Of a stretch of 64,000 nucleotides of DNA, positions 28,376-42,736 are shown piece by piece; within the stretch, counting starts at the first letter, position 1, and the number at the start of each line of letters is the position of its first letter. Below the pieces are notes generated by a model that was given only the letters and a program-made list of their open reading frames with translations, was not told the origin of the DNA and made no database searches. This DNA is from Eledone cirrhosa (lineage: Eukaryota). The stretch spans positions 30,566,001 to 30,630,000 of the forward strand of contig OZ024749.1 in the NCBI GenBank assembly GCA_964016885.1, in the 5' to 3' direction. The position numbers were made by a program, and so were the translations under genes.

Positions 28376-29410
28376 ATCGAAATAGAAACTTCTTTCGCCT
28401 GATAGTTGGGTTTAGAACCCTCTAGGAATGGAAAAATATGTACGTCATCTTTTTCCATTTCTTAAAGGGTCATAAACTGCTGTGAGAGGCCTTTTGAGGA
28501 GTGGATACAAGTTTCAGCTTGGATTGGTTTGAGCGGAGGGTGACCTTAGAGTTTTGGGGGGGGGGGGGGGGTGATCTTGGTGTATTTTTTTCTTAGAAGA
28601 AAACATCAACATTGACCTTGTTTTTTGCCTCAAAGAAGATTCAGAGTTATTGAGTTACTAATCCCTAATCCCTAGCAGAAATTTCGGGCGTGGGAGGTTA
28701 TTGTTTGTTTCTAAAAACATCTATCCTGGTATTTTTTCTCAGTAGAAAACATCAACATTGACCTTGTTTTTTTGCCTGTGTTTTTTTATACATGGGTGTG
28801 AAAAAAACAATACGATTGTTGAAAATAGTTGTGGTGGTGTCGGTGGTGGTTAAAGTATAAAGATGTGATGGTATAAATATGAAAATATTAAATATATACA
28901 TATATGTATTGGTTAAATTATATTATGAAGAAATAGTACAGTGCTAAATAAAGGATAAATTAATAAATTGGAAGTTATCTGAGAGGTGAAGAGAACATGA
29001 TAGGATATAATGGAAGAGGTGAAATAGTTTAGGGAAAGAGAGTGAAAGAAAGAAAGGTTAGGAGGTTATGATGTTGATTCACTGATTAGTTGATCCATTG
29101 ACAGTTAATAATAATGGGTTATCAATCCCATTCAAACTGAACCACTCTAAGTGGTTCAGTTTGAATGGGATTGATGGATCGAATCAAGTTGGTTTGAAAT
29201 TTGCGAAATTAGGAGCTGCTTTATGCCTACAGAAAATTGACCGTTCAATTTTGCTGTTAAGCAGCATTTTGTCATACTTTAAAATATGGAGTTGCTCCAT
29301 ATTGCAAAGTCCGCAGTGGGACATTTTATTTCTGTAGCCCTTTACCCCTGACAGTTTCGACCATCTATTCAAGTATTCTTGGTTTGTATCTTTAAGCTCC
29401 CAAAAATCTA
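28376..29410 (-). mobile_element. PLE 3' fragment (endonuclease C-terminus + 3' UTR)
   Basis: RWSKL..Y..HCGLCNMEQ..LLNSKIE..CRH matches the C-terminal motif of the other PLEs here. Confidence 0.7.
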
Positions 29411-29436
29411 TCTATATATATATATATAGAGAGAGA

Positions 29437-30190
29437 GGTAGAACACTGTAAGGTAACATCCGTGGGACGAGTTTGGTAGAAGTAGTAACACAACAGTTAG
29501 TTCACCATACCGAGAACAATTGTTTCACCTTAGCAGATCTTCAGCTCGGACTGGTCATGGTTATACGGAAGAGGAAGAACAACCGCATGAACGCTCATGC
29601 GCAGAAACGGTCACTTCACCCAAGCAATTCAAAGCCACGGGCGAAAGGTGTAAGGGAGATAACTACGAAAGTCCGGTAAAGATGTTCGAGTTGATTAGAA
29701 AATTAGAATGTTGTTGTTATTCAATCTGGAACTTTGTAGTTATTGAAGAGGTGTTTCCAGACATGTGGACAACGTGAGAAGATTTGATTTCTTGAATTTA
29801 GGCAATCGCTATTGCGTAATATCCTTTCTTCAATACACAGTCCACAAGACGGATTTCCCCTTGCGTATGGCTTGGACTTAGTGATGGCTTTCCATAGAAT
29901 GGAGTAGTCCATATCGGAGTCCTTGAGGGACCATACGTGGCTCGTGAGTTTCGTGGATGGTCGTTTGTCCGAGTACCTAAAGGTCGACCGATGGTTCAGG
30001 AAGTGTTCCTTAAATCGTCCCTCCGCCATACCCACATAGAATTTGACCTCCTGTAGTTGATTTGGTCGGTTGGAAGTGACCACAGCTTCATAGACTACAG
30101 CGGGTGTGTTGCATTGCTTTTGAAGGGGACAAGCTTCAAGCTTTTGGCAAGAGCATCCTGGTGGGGTGCCACTCTTAGGACTGTTGGTCC
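29437..30190 (-). mobile_element. PLE 3' fragment with GIY-YIG (family F)
   Basis: FYVGMAEGRFKE..NHRSTF..LTSHVWSLKD..CGLCIEE..LNSR..CPH; hammerhead in its 3' end; pLTR copies at 5400-5690 and 39215-39250. Confidence 0.85.
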
Positions 30191-30478
30191 TGTGGACCCT
30201 TCATTCGCTTTGGTTTGCTATTTCCCGTTTTTATTTCGCTGTTTTTCTCTTTTCTCTTTTCTTCCCTTTCTGTTATCCTATATTTTCTTTCTCTCCCTCC
30301 TTTTTTCCCAATACCTTACCTTAGTTATTGAACGCACTGAGCGAGATATCTTGTCTTTAATCCGTAGAAATATCCGAGACCACTAGCAGACAACTGGTGA
30401 GGAAAACTTTCTCCCGTTCCTGCTTTCTTCTTATTTTTAAGTATATCTTAACCAAGAACTTCACACCATCCTCTCTTC

Positions 30479-30528
<50 letters not shown>

Positions 30529-30717
30529 GAAGAGAGGATGGTGTGAAGTTCTTGGTTAAGATATATATATATATACTTAGGTTAGTAGGAGTTAGGTATT
30601 ATATACCTGTGTCCCGTTAAGGTATTGGCAGCATAATAATTAGCTCTATGCTTTGGAGCAGAGCCGTATATATGAAAAAGAACACAAGAGCGTCTACAAC
30701 ATCAACAGATTTTTATT

Positions 30718-30766
30718 GGCTAACAATGTTTCTTCCTTACGTGTAACCGTAGGATTCATCAGAGCT
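30718..30766 (-). ncRNA. Hammerhead motif at the 3' end of a foldback element (30580-31915)
   Basis: GCT-CTGATGA-ATCCTACG..CGTAAGGAA-GAAA-CATTG-TT-AGC; element has inverted arms ~31146-31465 and ~31535-31913. Confidence 0.6.
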
Positions 30767-31912
30767 ATAAAAGGGGTTTGATTGGTGTTATGGACTCTAC
30801 CAACCAAACACCCAAGAACAAAGAGTAAAGAGAGTAAAGAGCAAAAGTAGGGGACGATAAGTCTAATTTTGGTGCGGGAGGGTGGGGTGTTGGTCCTTGT
30901 TTACTAGCTGCGGTCATCGGGGGTCGGGTGGTTAGCTGAACCATAGATGGGGTGGCGTGGATAGTATGGTGCAGAGGGTGCGCAGAGGCTACACAAACAC
31001 AAAGGGCGTAGAATACATATATACATATAGCGGAGGAGAAGGTACATGAGGTAATTAGAAATGGAAAAAGAGTAATAATAATAATCTATAATTAATAGTG
31101 TATAATAAGGCATGGGGAAGATTACACTCTAATAAGGTATAAAGGTAAGAATAAGGTAAAATATAAAGGAGGATAAAAGTGGAAATAATAATAAAGATAA
31201 CAAATATATAGAGAATATATAAGGAAATATAAGCGAATATTTGGAGGGGAAAACACAATGTAAAAAAAAACGATTTTTTTCAAACAATAATAAAAAATAA
31301 TAAAAATATAATAATTATGGGGGGAGAAAACAGGATAGAGAAATATGATCAAGTGTGATTCGTTGAGAGAATATAGGATGATAACAGTTGTGTCCGGTTT
31401 ATACATCTTAATAATAAATAATAAACAATATGGTCCATTGTTTATCTGTGCGGTCATGTGCGGTTGTTTTTGAGGAACAATTGACTTCTATCTGCATTGG
31501 AATTTACAAACTTGTGCATCTGCTGTGGTGTCAAAAACAAACGCCATGACCGCACAGATAAACAATGGACCATGCCACGTGGCTTGAACCCGTAAGTGAA
31601 TTGAAGGTTCTGAAACTCTGATACACATATTGTTTATTATTTATTATTAAGATGTATAAACCGGACACAACTGTTATCATCCTATATTCTCTCAACGAAT
31701 CACACTTGATCATATTTCTCTATCCTGTTTTCTCCCCCCCATAATTATTATATTTTTATTATTTTTTATTATTGTTTGAAAAAAATCGTTTTTTTTTACA
31801 TTGTGTTTTCCCCTCCAAATATTCGCTTATATTTCCTTATATATTCTCTATATATTTTTTATCTTTATTATTATTTCCACTTTTATCCTCCTTTATATTT
31901 TACCTTATTCTT

Positions 31913-32003
<91 letters not shown>

Positions 32004-32032
32004 CGTGTGTGTATATATATACACACATATAA

Positions 32033-32076
<44 letters not shown>

Positions 32077-32189
32077 GATAACACATGTAATAAAGTGTAT
32101 ATGAAAGGAGGTGTCTGCCTTAAAATGTAAAGTTAATGAAGATTCAAGGGAAAAGGGTGGGTGGTTTTTAGGTCAATTATTCAGGTCAG

Positions 32190-32460
32190 GACCGTAAGGC
32201 CATGAGTTCGATTTCCTGTGATACTAGATCAATAATACATTTTATTTCCTGTCTCTCCAATTACACCAGTTAGACAAAATGTATACGTATTGTACCTGTA
32301 ATTCAAAGGGTATGCTTGTCACCGAGTGTCATGTTGAATCTATCTAAGAAATGCCGTAAGTAAACACGTGTCTGTGGAATGTTCATTGACTTGCATATCA
32401 GTGTCACGGGCAGGTTGTTACGTTGTTTGAACAACCTGCACAGCAATTTTCTTAACCGAT
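32190..32460 (+). mobile_element. Old tRNA-derived SINE
   Basis: GAGTTCGATTTCC B-box and GTACCTGTAATTCAAAGGG..ACACGTGTCTGTGGA body recalled as a cephalopod SINE. Confidence 0.5.
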
Positions 32461-34224
32461 ACATGATCAAAACAAATAGATCTTGATTCTGTTGGGCATA
32501 TGTACCTGCAACCTGTACTTAGAGAAGAGAGAAGGTCATTTTAGAAAACTTTATTTTCACATTTCTGCCACCTGGGACTGCAAAATGCCATTCTGAAGTT
32601 TTTGAAGATTTACTCAATTCTATCGAAATATAATTTATTGGAATTACTGTCAAATTTATAATTTTCCAGCAATTTTTATTTATTTAATGATTTATTATTT
32701 TATATGTATTTTCTAGTTTCTTTTATGTTCTTTGAAATTTCCTTAATGTCTCCCTTACAAAAAGGACACACCCACAGGCACACAAGATTAGATATATTCG
32801 TTTTTACGTACACACAAAACAACATATATATATATATGCAACAACAGTAACATCAAAAGAAACAACATCGACATAAAGCAAACAATAGAAGCACTCATGC
32901 AAACACAATATCTTCAACAGAAATATAATTTACAAAACAAGATGTTGCTTCAGCGTTATTTTCATTTCACATATAATACAATTGGACACATGTACTCACC
33001 ATTTCAACTCTTGTAAGGGTCGATAATTGAACATTTAAAACTGCATTTCACTTGCTTGTATCTCGGCTGTCGCTGTTTTGTTGTTGTCGTTGTTGTTATT
33101 GTTGTTGAATTGTTCGACGTCATCGTTGTCGACGTCATCTTGTTGGCAAACTTCTTTTTGTTGTTGTTGTTGTCGTTGTTTCCGTTGTTATTGTTGTTTT
33201 TATTGTTGTTTAGCCCTTTAGAGCGGTGGATTGACAGTATCGGTAGAGAGTCGGACACCATACTTTGCCGCATATAGCTAGGACCCTTTATGGTCTGAGT
33301 TCAAATTTTGCTTTTCATCCTTACGGAGTCGATAAAATAAAGTACCAGTCACACACTGGTGTTGATTTAATCGACTTTCCCCTCCCCCAAAATTGCTGGC
33401 CTTGTGCCTATATAAGAATCTATTATTGTTGTTTAGCCCCGTGAACATCACATTGAACAAACCTAGTCTCTCTCTGAAGATGGTATATTACAAATGTGTC
33501 GGAACTACACACCAGTGTTTTAGTATAGATTTTTACCACCATGCTCTGCGATATCAGTCTCAAGTATCCATGTACAACCTTCTCAACGAACTGCTAAATT
33601 ATTCTTAGTTGTATTTGGTTCTGGATTATTGTTATGAATTCATTCGTCACCAATATCAAGAGCCTGTTTCTAACACAAAACCAAGTCTCTTTCATTGGAA
33701 TGTAGACGAAATTTATTAGTTAAATATGTATGTATCTCAGTAGGAATTTGTAGGTATTAGAATTTTTTCAACATATTGATGCTTATGTGTATATGTTTGT
33801 GCGTCTGAGTATGTACATATGCAGACATTTACATGTATGAGTATATAAATATAAACGGGCAAAAATACACACTCAGAGACATACATTCATATGAATACAC
33901 ATGCATTCACACAAACATACACAAACATTCACACAAACACACATGCATTTACACAAACACACACACACACATACTTTTACACAAACACACACATACACTC
34001 ACACACAGCGTAGTAAATGGAACGCCAGCGGTTCTTTTGTTTATAGTTGTTTCACCACTCCCTTCCTTCCTTTGACACACATTGTGTGACGGACGGACGA
34101 GCGGGCGGTAGACACACATGCTTATATATAGATGTGTCAGTATGGTTATCATTGTATATGTGAATAGATATGTTTTGAGTTATATGTGCATGTAACACAA
34201 AATTGAAAATTCGTGTTTGGTCAA

Positions 34225-34610
34225 CACTTCGTTACGCCTGCGAATCACGGACTTTCACGAATCATACATGAAGATACCTCGAGTCTACTGAGATGTATTT
34301 CTATCGCAGAATACTCAGGATTTCGTACGTCGACCGAATGAATAATGAAGAGGTTCTGAAGAGAGTGCGGATAGATTGTGAGATACTGATCACTATTAAA
34401 AATAGACAACTAATGCTCCTAGGGTATGCTGGAAGACCTTTCCATTAGCGGGGAAATCCATGGGAAGCGTGCCAGAGGTCGTTAAAAGAGGTTCTTTTTT
34501 GACAATTTCAACATCAAGGCTGCAAAATTATGACATCTCGCCCGAGATGAAACAGCGTGCAACGCCATAGTGCGCCAAACACTGGTTCAGTGGTGGGACA
34601 AGAAGAAGAG
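34225..34610 (+). pseudogene. RTE-clade LINE 3' fragment
   Basis: LESTEMYFYRRILRISYVDRMNNEEVLKR..IKNRQL..GKRARGR; (GAA)n tail. Confidence 0.75.
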
Positions 34611-35647
34611 TGCATATATTCATAAGTTTCTCTATCTAAACATGTGTAAATGCAGTTAATAAACACTATATTTCTAGAATATTTTACACATATTCGCAGT
34701 TTCGTTAATGCACTGTAATTTAAAGTTCCTAATTAGCTGTGATTTTTCAGGTCCTATCGAGTCCTGGTTCTCCTCATTTGCCCCGATGCACAGTATAGCC
34801 AAATTCCCAAATTATCAATGGTACAAATCTAGCGTTTGTATATATGTACTTTTGTACGTACATACGTGCGTATGAAATGTATGTATGTATATGTGTATGT
34901 ATGTATAGATGTATGTGTATATATGTATGAATGTATATATGTGTGCGTGTATGTATGTATGCATGTACGAATGTGTATGTATGGATGTATGTGCATGTGT
35001 ATGTATGTATGTATGTATGTATGTATGTATGTTTGGTCAACAATGATGACCCCTTAGCCTTCGTCAAGGCAGAATTCTAGGAGAAGGAAAACTCTGATAT
35101 AACACCTGCAGCCCTGATGGTATCCAATGATGTTGACTCGTTCTTCTTTTTGGTAAATATCATCTTGGTTAAGAGAGTGGGACTGGCTTTGTGCATTGCC
35201 TTTGCTCACTATAAAAGCTTCACGGCACAGGCATTGCTTTATATCTGGAGATCTCTCTGCATTTGTCGTCACATGGTACCATGGGCCCTGCACTGTGTCA
35301 ATAATTGTCATTAGTGTAGTGTTTGTACCAGAGTTTTCAAGTCGCTGGCTGGACTTAAAAGTCACATTCGTTCAGCGCATCCGTAGGGGTTCTCCTACAT
35401 GGATATAAAGTAGTGGCCGTACTCGTAAACGAGTTGGCAGCCACCATGTATGTATGTATGTATATACATGCAGTTTTCTTTGTCAACATACGTTATACAT
35501 CTGTTACTACGTAAAACTAAAGGGCGACCTTCAAATCCAATAAAGTACTGCGTGTAATGTCGATTTATAACACGTAGTTGCAAACAAACACACATACACA
35601 CACACCGGCACACCAAAACAAACACGCATATTCACACATATACACAC

Positions 35648-35751
<104 letters not shown>

Positions 35752-35769
35752 AGTGTGTGTGTGTTTATC

Positions 35770-35800
35770 TATATAAATATAGACAGCTATATAATCATTC
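35770..35800 (+). promoter_or_regulatory. Putative TATA box and initiator of gene A
   Basis: TATATAAA at 35770-35777 and Inr-like TCATTC at 35795-35800; TATA is ~98 nt upstream of the ATG, the same placement as in gene B. Confidence 0.55.
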
Positions 35801-35867
35801 GTGTTAAAACCTCTCGCACATTCATTGAGAGCTTAGAAAGAGACAGTTCAAGTTATATCAACAGAAA

Positions 35868-35949
35868 ATGATGTCTTCCTACTTGATCAAATCTCTAGTG
35901 TTGGCATTTCTCGTTCAACTAGCATTCAGCGCAACATATAGGAAATATG
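35868..35949 (+). CDS. Exon 1 (signal peptide) of secreted single-vWC (SVWC/La1-like) gene A
   Basis: [28 protein letters not shown]; hydrophobic signal peptide; 82 nt ending at a phase-1 donor G|GTAAGT; same length and phase as exon 1 of gene B. Confidence 0.88.
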
Positions 35950-36009
35950 GTAAGTGGTTTTACATAGATACATATATACATACTCGTACACATATCTATT
36001 TATTTATTT

Positions 36010-36165
<156 letters not shown>

Positions 36166-38040
36166 GTGTTTTATAAATTCTGACATACCCAAGGAACATA
36201 CCTTATCAGTTGAATTTTCCTATTCAATATCTTGGAAAACGATTTTCAAAGCACCTGCGTACCGAAATATGGCTTTATCAAAATTCTGTAAATTGTTTAT
36301 CGAAGACATTTTCTATATAATTAACTGTCTAAACTCTATTAATCTCAGGACAGAATTATTTTCTTCTTGCAGACATCGCCAAAATTCCACGTTCAGAACT
36401 ATGTGCAATTTATAATATTCCTATAAACCTTCAAAATGATCCTATCTTCTTTAACAATTTAAATTTTTAATATTTTAATATATTAATATTTCTAAATGGT
36501 AATATCTCTAATATTTGTAACACTTTCACATTTCAGCAACAATTTCTTTTAATATATATATATATAAATTCTTTAATTCTTACATTATATTTTTCCAATG
36601 ACACCCTCCAAAGATATTTTTAAACGTAGATTAATAACCATTAACTGGCATTATAAAAACTTATCCTATTCACGACGATTTTCAAACATTCACACTTCTT
36701 TCGACTAAATAATTAATTAATCTCACACTTAAAAATTAACTCTTAAAAATTATCGATTAACAAACAAAATTGGAGTTATCTTTCCTTTCTCAATCATATA
36801 AACTTATTATATTATTATATACGTAACTCCGTTAAATTAAAACATTCTCAATGCCGAACAAGATATTCAAATATATAAATTCATAACTTTAACTACCTAT
36901 TTATTTACATAAAATACAAAATCAACACCCCCGTAAATCATATTATAAACAACCACCTAAAACTTGAACTACCTATTTATTTATTTATTTAATTATTTAT
37001 CTACATAAAACACAAAATCATCTTCCCTCGTAACTCATATTATAAACAACTAATAATTGCAAATTATCTATATCTCTTTAATACTAATACATATGCTATT
37101 ATTAAAATATATATATGTAAGTATGTATGTATGTATACGTACATACATATATGTATACAGACGTACAGTAGTATGTATATATATACATACATGCACACAT
37201 ATATATATGCACGAATCGTTTTAGCGAACATTTATTATAATGCTCGGTTTGTTTGTTTGTAAACAAACAAACAGCCCGTATCACACCGTACATTGTTTAG
37301 GCAACCACGTCACCTTTTTGCTCAACACTGACACTGGAACGATGTACTAGTTTCAAGCTTATTAGCTATCGGCAGCATCGTATACCTTCCTGCCAGATGG
37401 TTGAACGTCTGAAAGTATATATTTTCCTTATGCATATTAACGGCTGAGCAGACTAATTTGCATATCGAGTGAGTTCAGTCGGCCGGGCACACCGAAAACG
37501 ATAAATGGAATAGAATGAAACGAAATTTCATTTCTCACTCTTAGTACGGCACTTACTTAAATGTAAGTATGTATGTATGTATACGTACATACATATATGT
37601 ATACAGACGTACAGTAGTATGTATATATATACATACTACTGTACGTCTGTATACATATATGTATGTACGTATACATACATACTTACATTTAAGTAAGTGC
37701 CGTACTAAGAGTGAGAAATGAAATTTCGTTTCATTCTATTCCATTTATAGTTTTAGGGGTGCCCGGCCGGCTGAACTCACTCGATATGCAAATTAGGCTG
37801 CTCAGCCGTTAATATGCATAAAGAAAGTATATACTTTCAGACGTTCAACCATCTGGCAGGAAGGTATACGATGCTGACGATAGCTAATAAGCTTGAAACT
37901 AGTACATCGTTCCTGTGTCAGTGTTGAGCAAAAAGGTGACTTGGTTGCCTAAACACTGTACGGCGTATTTCGGGCTGTTTGTTTGTTTGCAAACAAACAA
38001 ACAGAGCAGTATAATAAATGTTTGGTAAACCGATACGTGC

Positions 38041-38075
<35 letters not shown>

Positions 38076-38812
38076 CATGTATGTATATATATACATACAT
38101 GCACACATACATACTACTGTACGTCTGTATACATATATGTATGTACGTATACATACATACATACTTACATTTAAGTAAGTGCCGTACTAAGAGTGAGAAA
38201 TGAAATTTCGTTTCATTCTATTCCATTTAAAATATATATATATATTTATGTATTTAACCCACTACAATATTGTAATAAGATAAATACTTACAAATATAAT
38301 TCTCCATATAAATATATACATAATATAGGTAAATATTCAAATTTTCCCCCAAAATTAACGTATATATGTGGTCGTCTTCTTTTTCTTTTTCCTTTTCCTT
38401 TTTCTTTCTTTCTCTCTTACTAATATAAACATATATCTAAATTTTCCATAGCGTTTAAAATAACGGTTTTTCAATCATATACATCAACCTCATTTACATA
38501 TTCATTTGCATACTCGTTCTAACAATTTTGAAAAATCCGTTCTTTAAATTCACTATCCAAGGAAAATTCAACTGATGTTCCTTGGCTATGTCAAAATCTA
38601 TAAAACACACTTTGTATTTTATCTGATGAAAGCGTACCAAAGGTTTTGGTACCCTTGAAATATATATAATAGAATAAATATGGTTTTATAAATATAGATT
38701 CCATTTATTTAATATCATTGAATATTTACTCTAGAAATCTATCGAGTGGTCTGAATCAGTTATATACATTTATATTTGTTGAATTACCAACAAACTAAAT
38801 ATCCCTTCTGCT
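36166..38812 (+). mobile_element. PLE 3' fragment (family B) in intron 1 of gene A, with a short inverted pLTR piece at its 5' end
   Basis: 36215-36415 translates [33 protein letters not shown]; ~36166-36220 is the reverse complement of ~38555-38610; hammerhead at 38617-38677. Confidence 0.75.
37110..38228. repeat. ~1.1-kb foldback element with a partial tandem end
   Basis: ~37110-37625 mirrors ~37635-38170; ~38110-38228 repeats ~37632-37747. Confidence 0.85.
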
Positions 38813-39269
38813 TATATATATATTGTTATACTTGGGGAGGGACATATTGTTGTAATAATATTTCCAGAATTAATAACAGAACACACTCACTGTTTGGTTG
38901 GCTTTCGCTTCTGTATCTTTTATACCTCCACAGTTAATTTATTCGGTCCTCAATGTTTACCATTGACTGACCAACGGTCAAAAATACAGATATAATATAG
39001 ATATAAACACATATATTTAGTCTAAGAAAGTTCTTTCGTTGCACATCTGCAACATCATCAGTGGTACTATTATGTTCCTCATATTGTATTGTATATCTAC
39101 GCCATTTATATTTTATCCGTTTATTTATTTATTTATTTATTTTACACGTTTGCGTGTGTGTATAGTGTGTGTTCGCGTTTGGGTGACTGTGTTTTGGTTA
39201 TATACATATGTTCCACAACAGTTAGTTCACCATTTCACCATACCGAGAACAAATGCGGATCATTTAAAA

Positions 39270-39835
39270 AAAACAAATCATAGGGATATTTAGCATAACA
39301 TTTGTAGGACACAGCCTTAGAATACCCTCTGCCATACATATTTCAAAAAGAAAAAGAAAAAGAAAAAGAAAAAAACCTGTATCAAGAACATTTTTAAAAA
39401 ACGTTTTTAAAAGAGAGCTTTCAACAGCCTTTCAAACAGAATGGCTATATCAAAGGTGTTTTCAACAGATAAACACTCAATTCTACACTCACACACTGGA
39501 CTCTGCGGAGCGCACTTAGCCAAGACGCCGCACATATATAGACAGATGAGAAAAGAAAAATCCATGGAAAGTCATCCGTGCAGCGTCTTGGCTATGCGCG
39601 CTCCCCCGAGTCCAGTGTGTGAGTGTAGAATTGGCTGTTTATCTGTTGAAAACACCTTTGATATAGCCCTTCTGTTTGAAAAGCTGTTGAAAGCTCTCTT
39701 TTAAAAATGTTTTTTAAAAATGTTCTTGATACAGTTCTTTTCTTTTTCTTTTTCTTTTTGAAATATGTATGGCGGAGGGTATTCTAAGGCTGTGTCCTAC
39801 AAATGTTATACTAGATATCCCTATGATTTGTTTTG
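39270..39835. repeat. Foldback element with ~265-bp arms
   Basis: 39270-39532 is the reverse complement of 39579-39835, with a ~45-bp spacer. Confidence 0.85.
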
Positions 39836-41442
39836 TTTTTTTAATTCCCGCAAAACATTATTTATGATAAATGCTGCATACAGCATAATTGCGGCTGTGT
39901 AATTGACCGATGTAGACAAAGGCACCTAAGGGCAATGAAGATGTCGAAGTGATGCCAGCCGTTCAAGATTACAGCCCCTCTCACACCACAGTAGTATTTC
40001 TGATACATGAAGAAAGTTTGTTTGATAGGTGGAGAACGAGAAGAATCAAGAAGTGGGCAACCATGAGTGGCTAGAAATACCGGTGACGTGTACAATTCTT
40101 GACCAGTCATGGAATGACAACAACAGGATCTAAATCAACAAACGAAGAAATTCGTTGTTAAAGGACATTAGGAAAATCTGCTTCGTAGAATCGAGACATA
40201 TCCGACGACCGCGCGATTTCAGAGTCATGTTTGATCACCATATCGATCGTGCCTCGAGCTGGTCGCCCGTGAAACAATTGTAATATGTCCAATAAATTCC
40301 TTTCGTCGCAACACTGATTCTCTTTTTTCTGTGATGTGTATATATATATATGTATGTATGTATATATATATATATCTGTGTGTGGTTGACAGCTGTGAGG
40401 AAAGTGTACCCAATACCGAAGTAGGGTTTTAATATTAATTTTAATTCTGGAGTGAAATTCGCTTGATTATCACAGGGTTATTAGAAGTGAATTTAATGTG
40501 TTTTAATGTTTTGAACTCTAGTCCTTCATTAGAAGATAGAATGAGAAATAAAATCTGAAATTGAAACATAAAGAGTGAGAAGAGTAAGCTGTCTGGAAAC
40601 CAGGTCGATTATTTTATCCAATCCTTTGTGAACCAAACCCAAACTAATTCAAAAAGCAGAAAAATTGAGCAATCTACCAACAGAATGACCACTCAACCCT
40701 ATGCCCTAACTTAGATCGATACCTATATTTTTTATAAATCGCTATACAATATTTAAGAAAAGGCAACTTAACTACAGATAAAGCCACATTAATCAATATA
40801 GCCATCTGGCCAGTTGTGCTGTTTCTGGTCTCCGATATAAATCTACATTTATACAGTGTACTATGTATTTCCAGATAAATGTAGGAATACACCTATTCCC
40901 TTCTTCGCCCCCAAGAAAACACAGGAACCATTGACGTCAAGCAACAGACCGATGTCCTCCGAAACTAACATGTAAATCACATCACAGCAAACGTTCTCAT
41001 AATTATTCGTCAGATGCATTTGCTATTTGTTTGATATAGAAATTTGGTTAATTAAATGTTTCCCATAAGAGTTGCTTCCCCTAGATCATACTACATCATG
41101 AAATGGAAAATGAAAACATAAAACATCTTTTCTAAAATGATACACATAAAATAGGCGAGGATTTATACTTTTTCATAAAGGCTGAAGATTGATGATGTAC
41201 TCGAGATTAGTATGCGACGTTTAATCGGATGCAATTGTGAAACACTGAGTAACAACGGAGCGATTTGCTTAGTTTTGATATAGTTTAAGTAATATAAAGT
41301 ACACCTAAGTTTATATATCCCTGGCGCATCCTTTCATAATTATAGTTCAAAATCAGAAAACTATATATATATATATATGTACACATACTTACGCACACAC
41401 ACAGACATACACACACACAAACACACAAATAAACACACACAA

Positions 41443-41548
<106 letters not shown>

Positions 41549-41826
41549 TTAGCTGAAGTGCCCTGAGTGTGGAAACATTTGCCTTACCAAATCTGGAATC
41601 AGGAGCTACAGTCGCAGCCATGTTCAAAGAGAAGCATTGAACTATAATCTCCACGGTATTGTGAGGCTTCACAGGCAACCCGATGCAAGACCTCAGGCCA
41701 GGGAGTTCTATAGTTGTTGTCAGTGTACGAAGGAGTGAGACTCTCGAGCCGGATTTGAAAAACCATGTCCGAGCGTCAGACATCTGGATCTGGCAGTCGA
41801 TTTCCATACTCTTAGCAGAATTTTCA

Positions 41827-41938
<112 letters not shown>

Positions 41939-42474
41939 AATATTAAATAAATGGAAAACTATATTTATAAAACCATATCTATTTCATTATATATATTTCG
42001 GGGATATCATATTAACAATATGCTATGCCTTCATCAGACAAAATACAATATAAACAGTTTTATAGATAAATAGATTCGACATACCGAATCTATTTATCTA
42101 TAAAACTGTTTATATTGTATTTTGTCTGATGAAGGCATAGCATATTGTTAATATGATATCCCCGAAATATATATAATGAAATAGATATGGTTTTATAAAT
42201 ATAGTTTTCCATTTATTTAATATTGTAAATATACTCCAAATATTTGTCGAGTGCTTTTATATCAGTTATAAATATTTACTAGTTGTAACCCAACAATTTT
42301 AAATATAACTTTCCATATATATATATATATATATATTAGAAAGTGAGGTTTTTTTTACAAAATGAAAAATAACCGAGGTGTCCTACACGAGTGAAAGTAT
42401 AAAGAAAAAAAGGTGAAATCGAAAATGCAACTGGCGTCTTATTTTTAAGAAATATATATATATTTATTTGGTTC

Positions 42475-42510
42475 CTTTACCGCTTTCGCAGTTCTTCTGC
42501 TTTTCAAAAG
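42475..42510 (-). ncRNA. Hammerhead variant with U3-A8 core (TTGAAAA)
   Basis: CTT-TTGAAAA-GCAG aagaa CTGC-GAAA-GCGG-TA-AAG. Confidence 0.55.
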
Positions 42511-42736
42511 TAGAGTTGAGATGGAGGGTCTGTGGTTTTTCTCACATCTGGTTGGTCTCTGAATGTTACTTGTTTTATATGGAAAAAAATGGCTCGAAAT
42601 GCCAGGTTATTCGAGAAGTAATTCGATTGGTTGGTCAATGATTATAATAAATTTCGCGCCATTCGCGTTACAAAGTTCTTCAAACAATGCGGGGGGGGGG
42701 GGGGGGGGGGGGCAGGTTGTTTTTTCATATATGAGT

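Noticed and set aside
41550-41650. CPECG..C zinc-finger-like peptide as a possible extra exon of gene A
   Set aside because: Resembles the C-terminal zinc knuckle of LINE ORF2, and gene A exons already join in frame and match gene B without it
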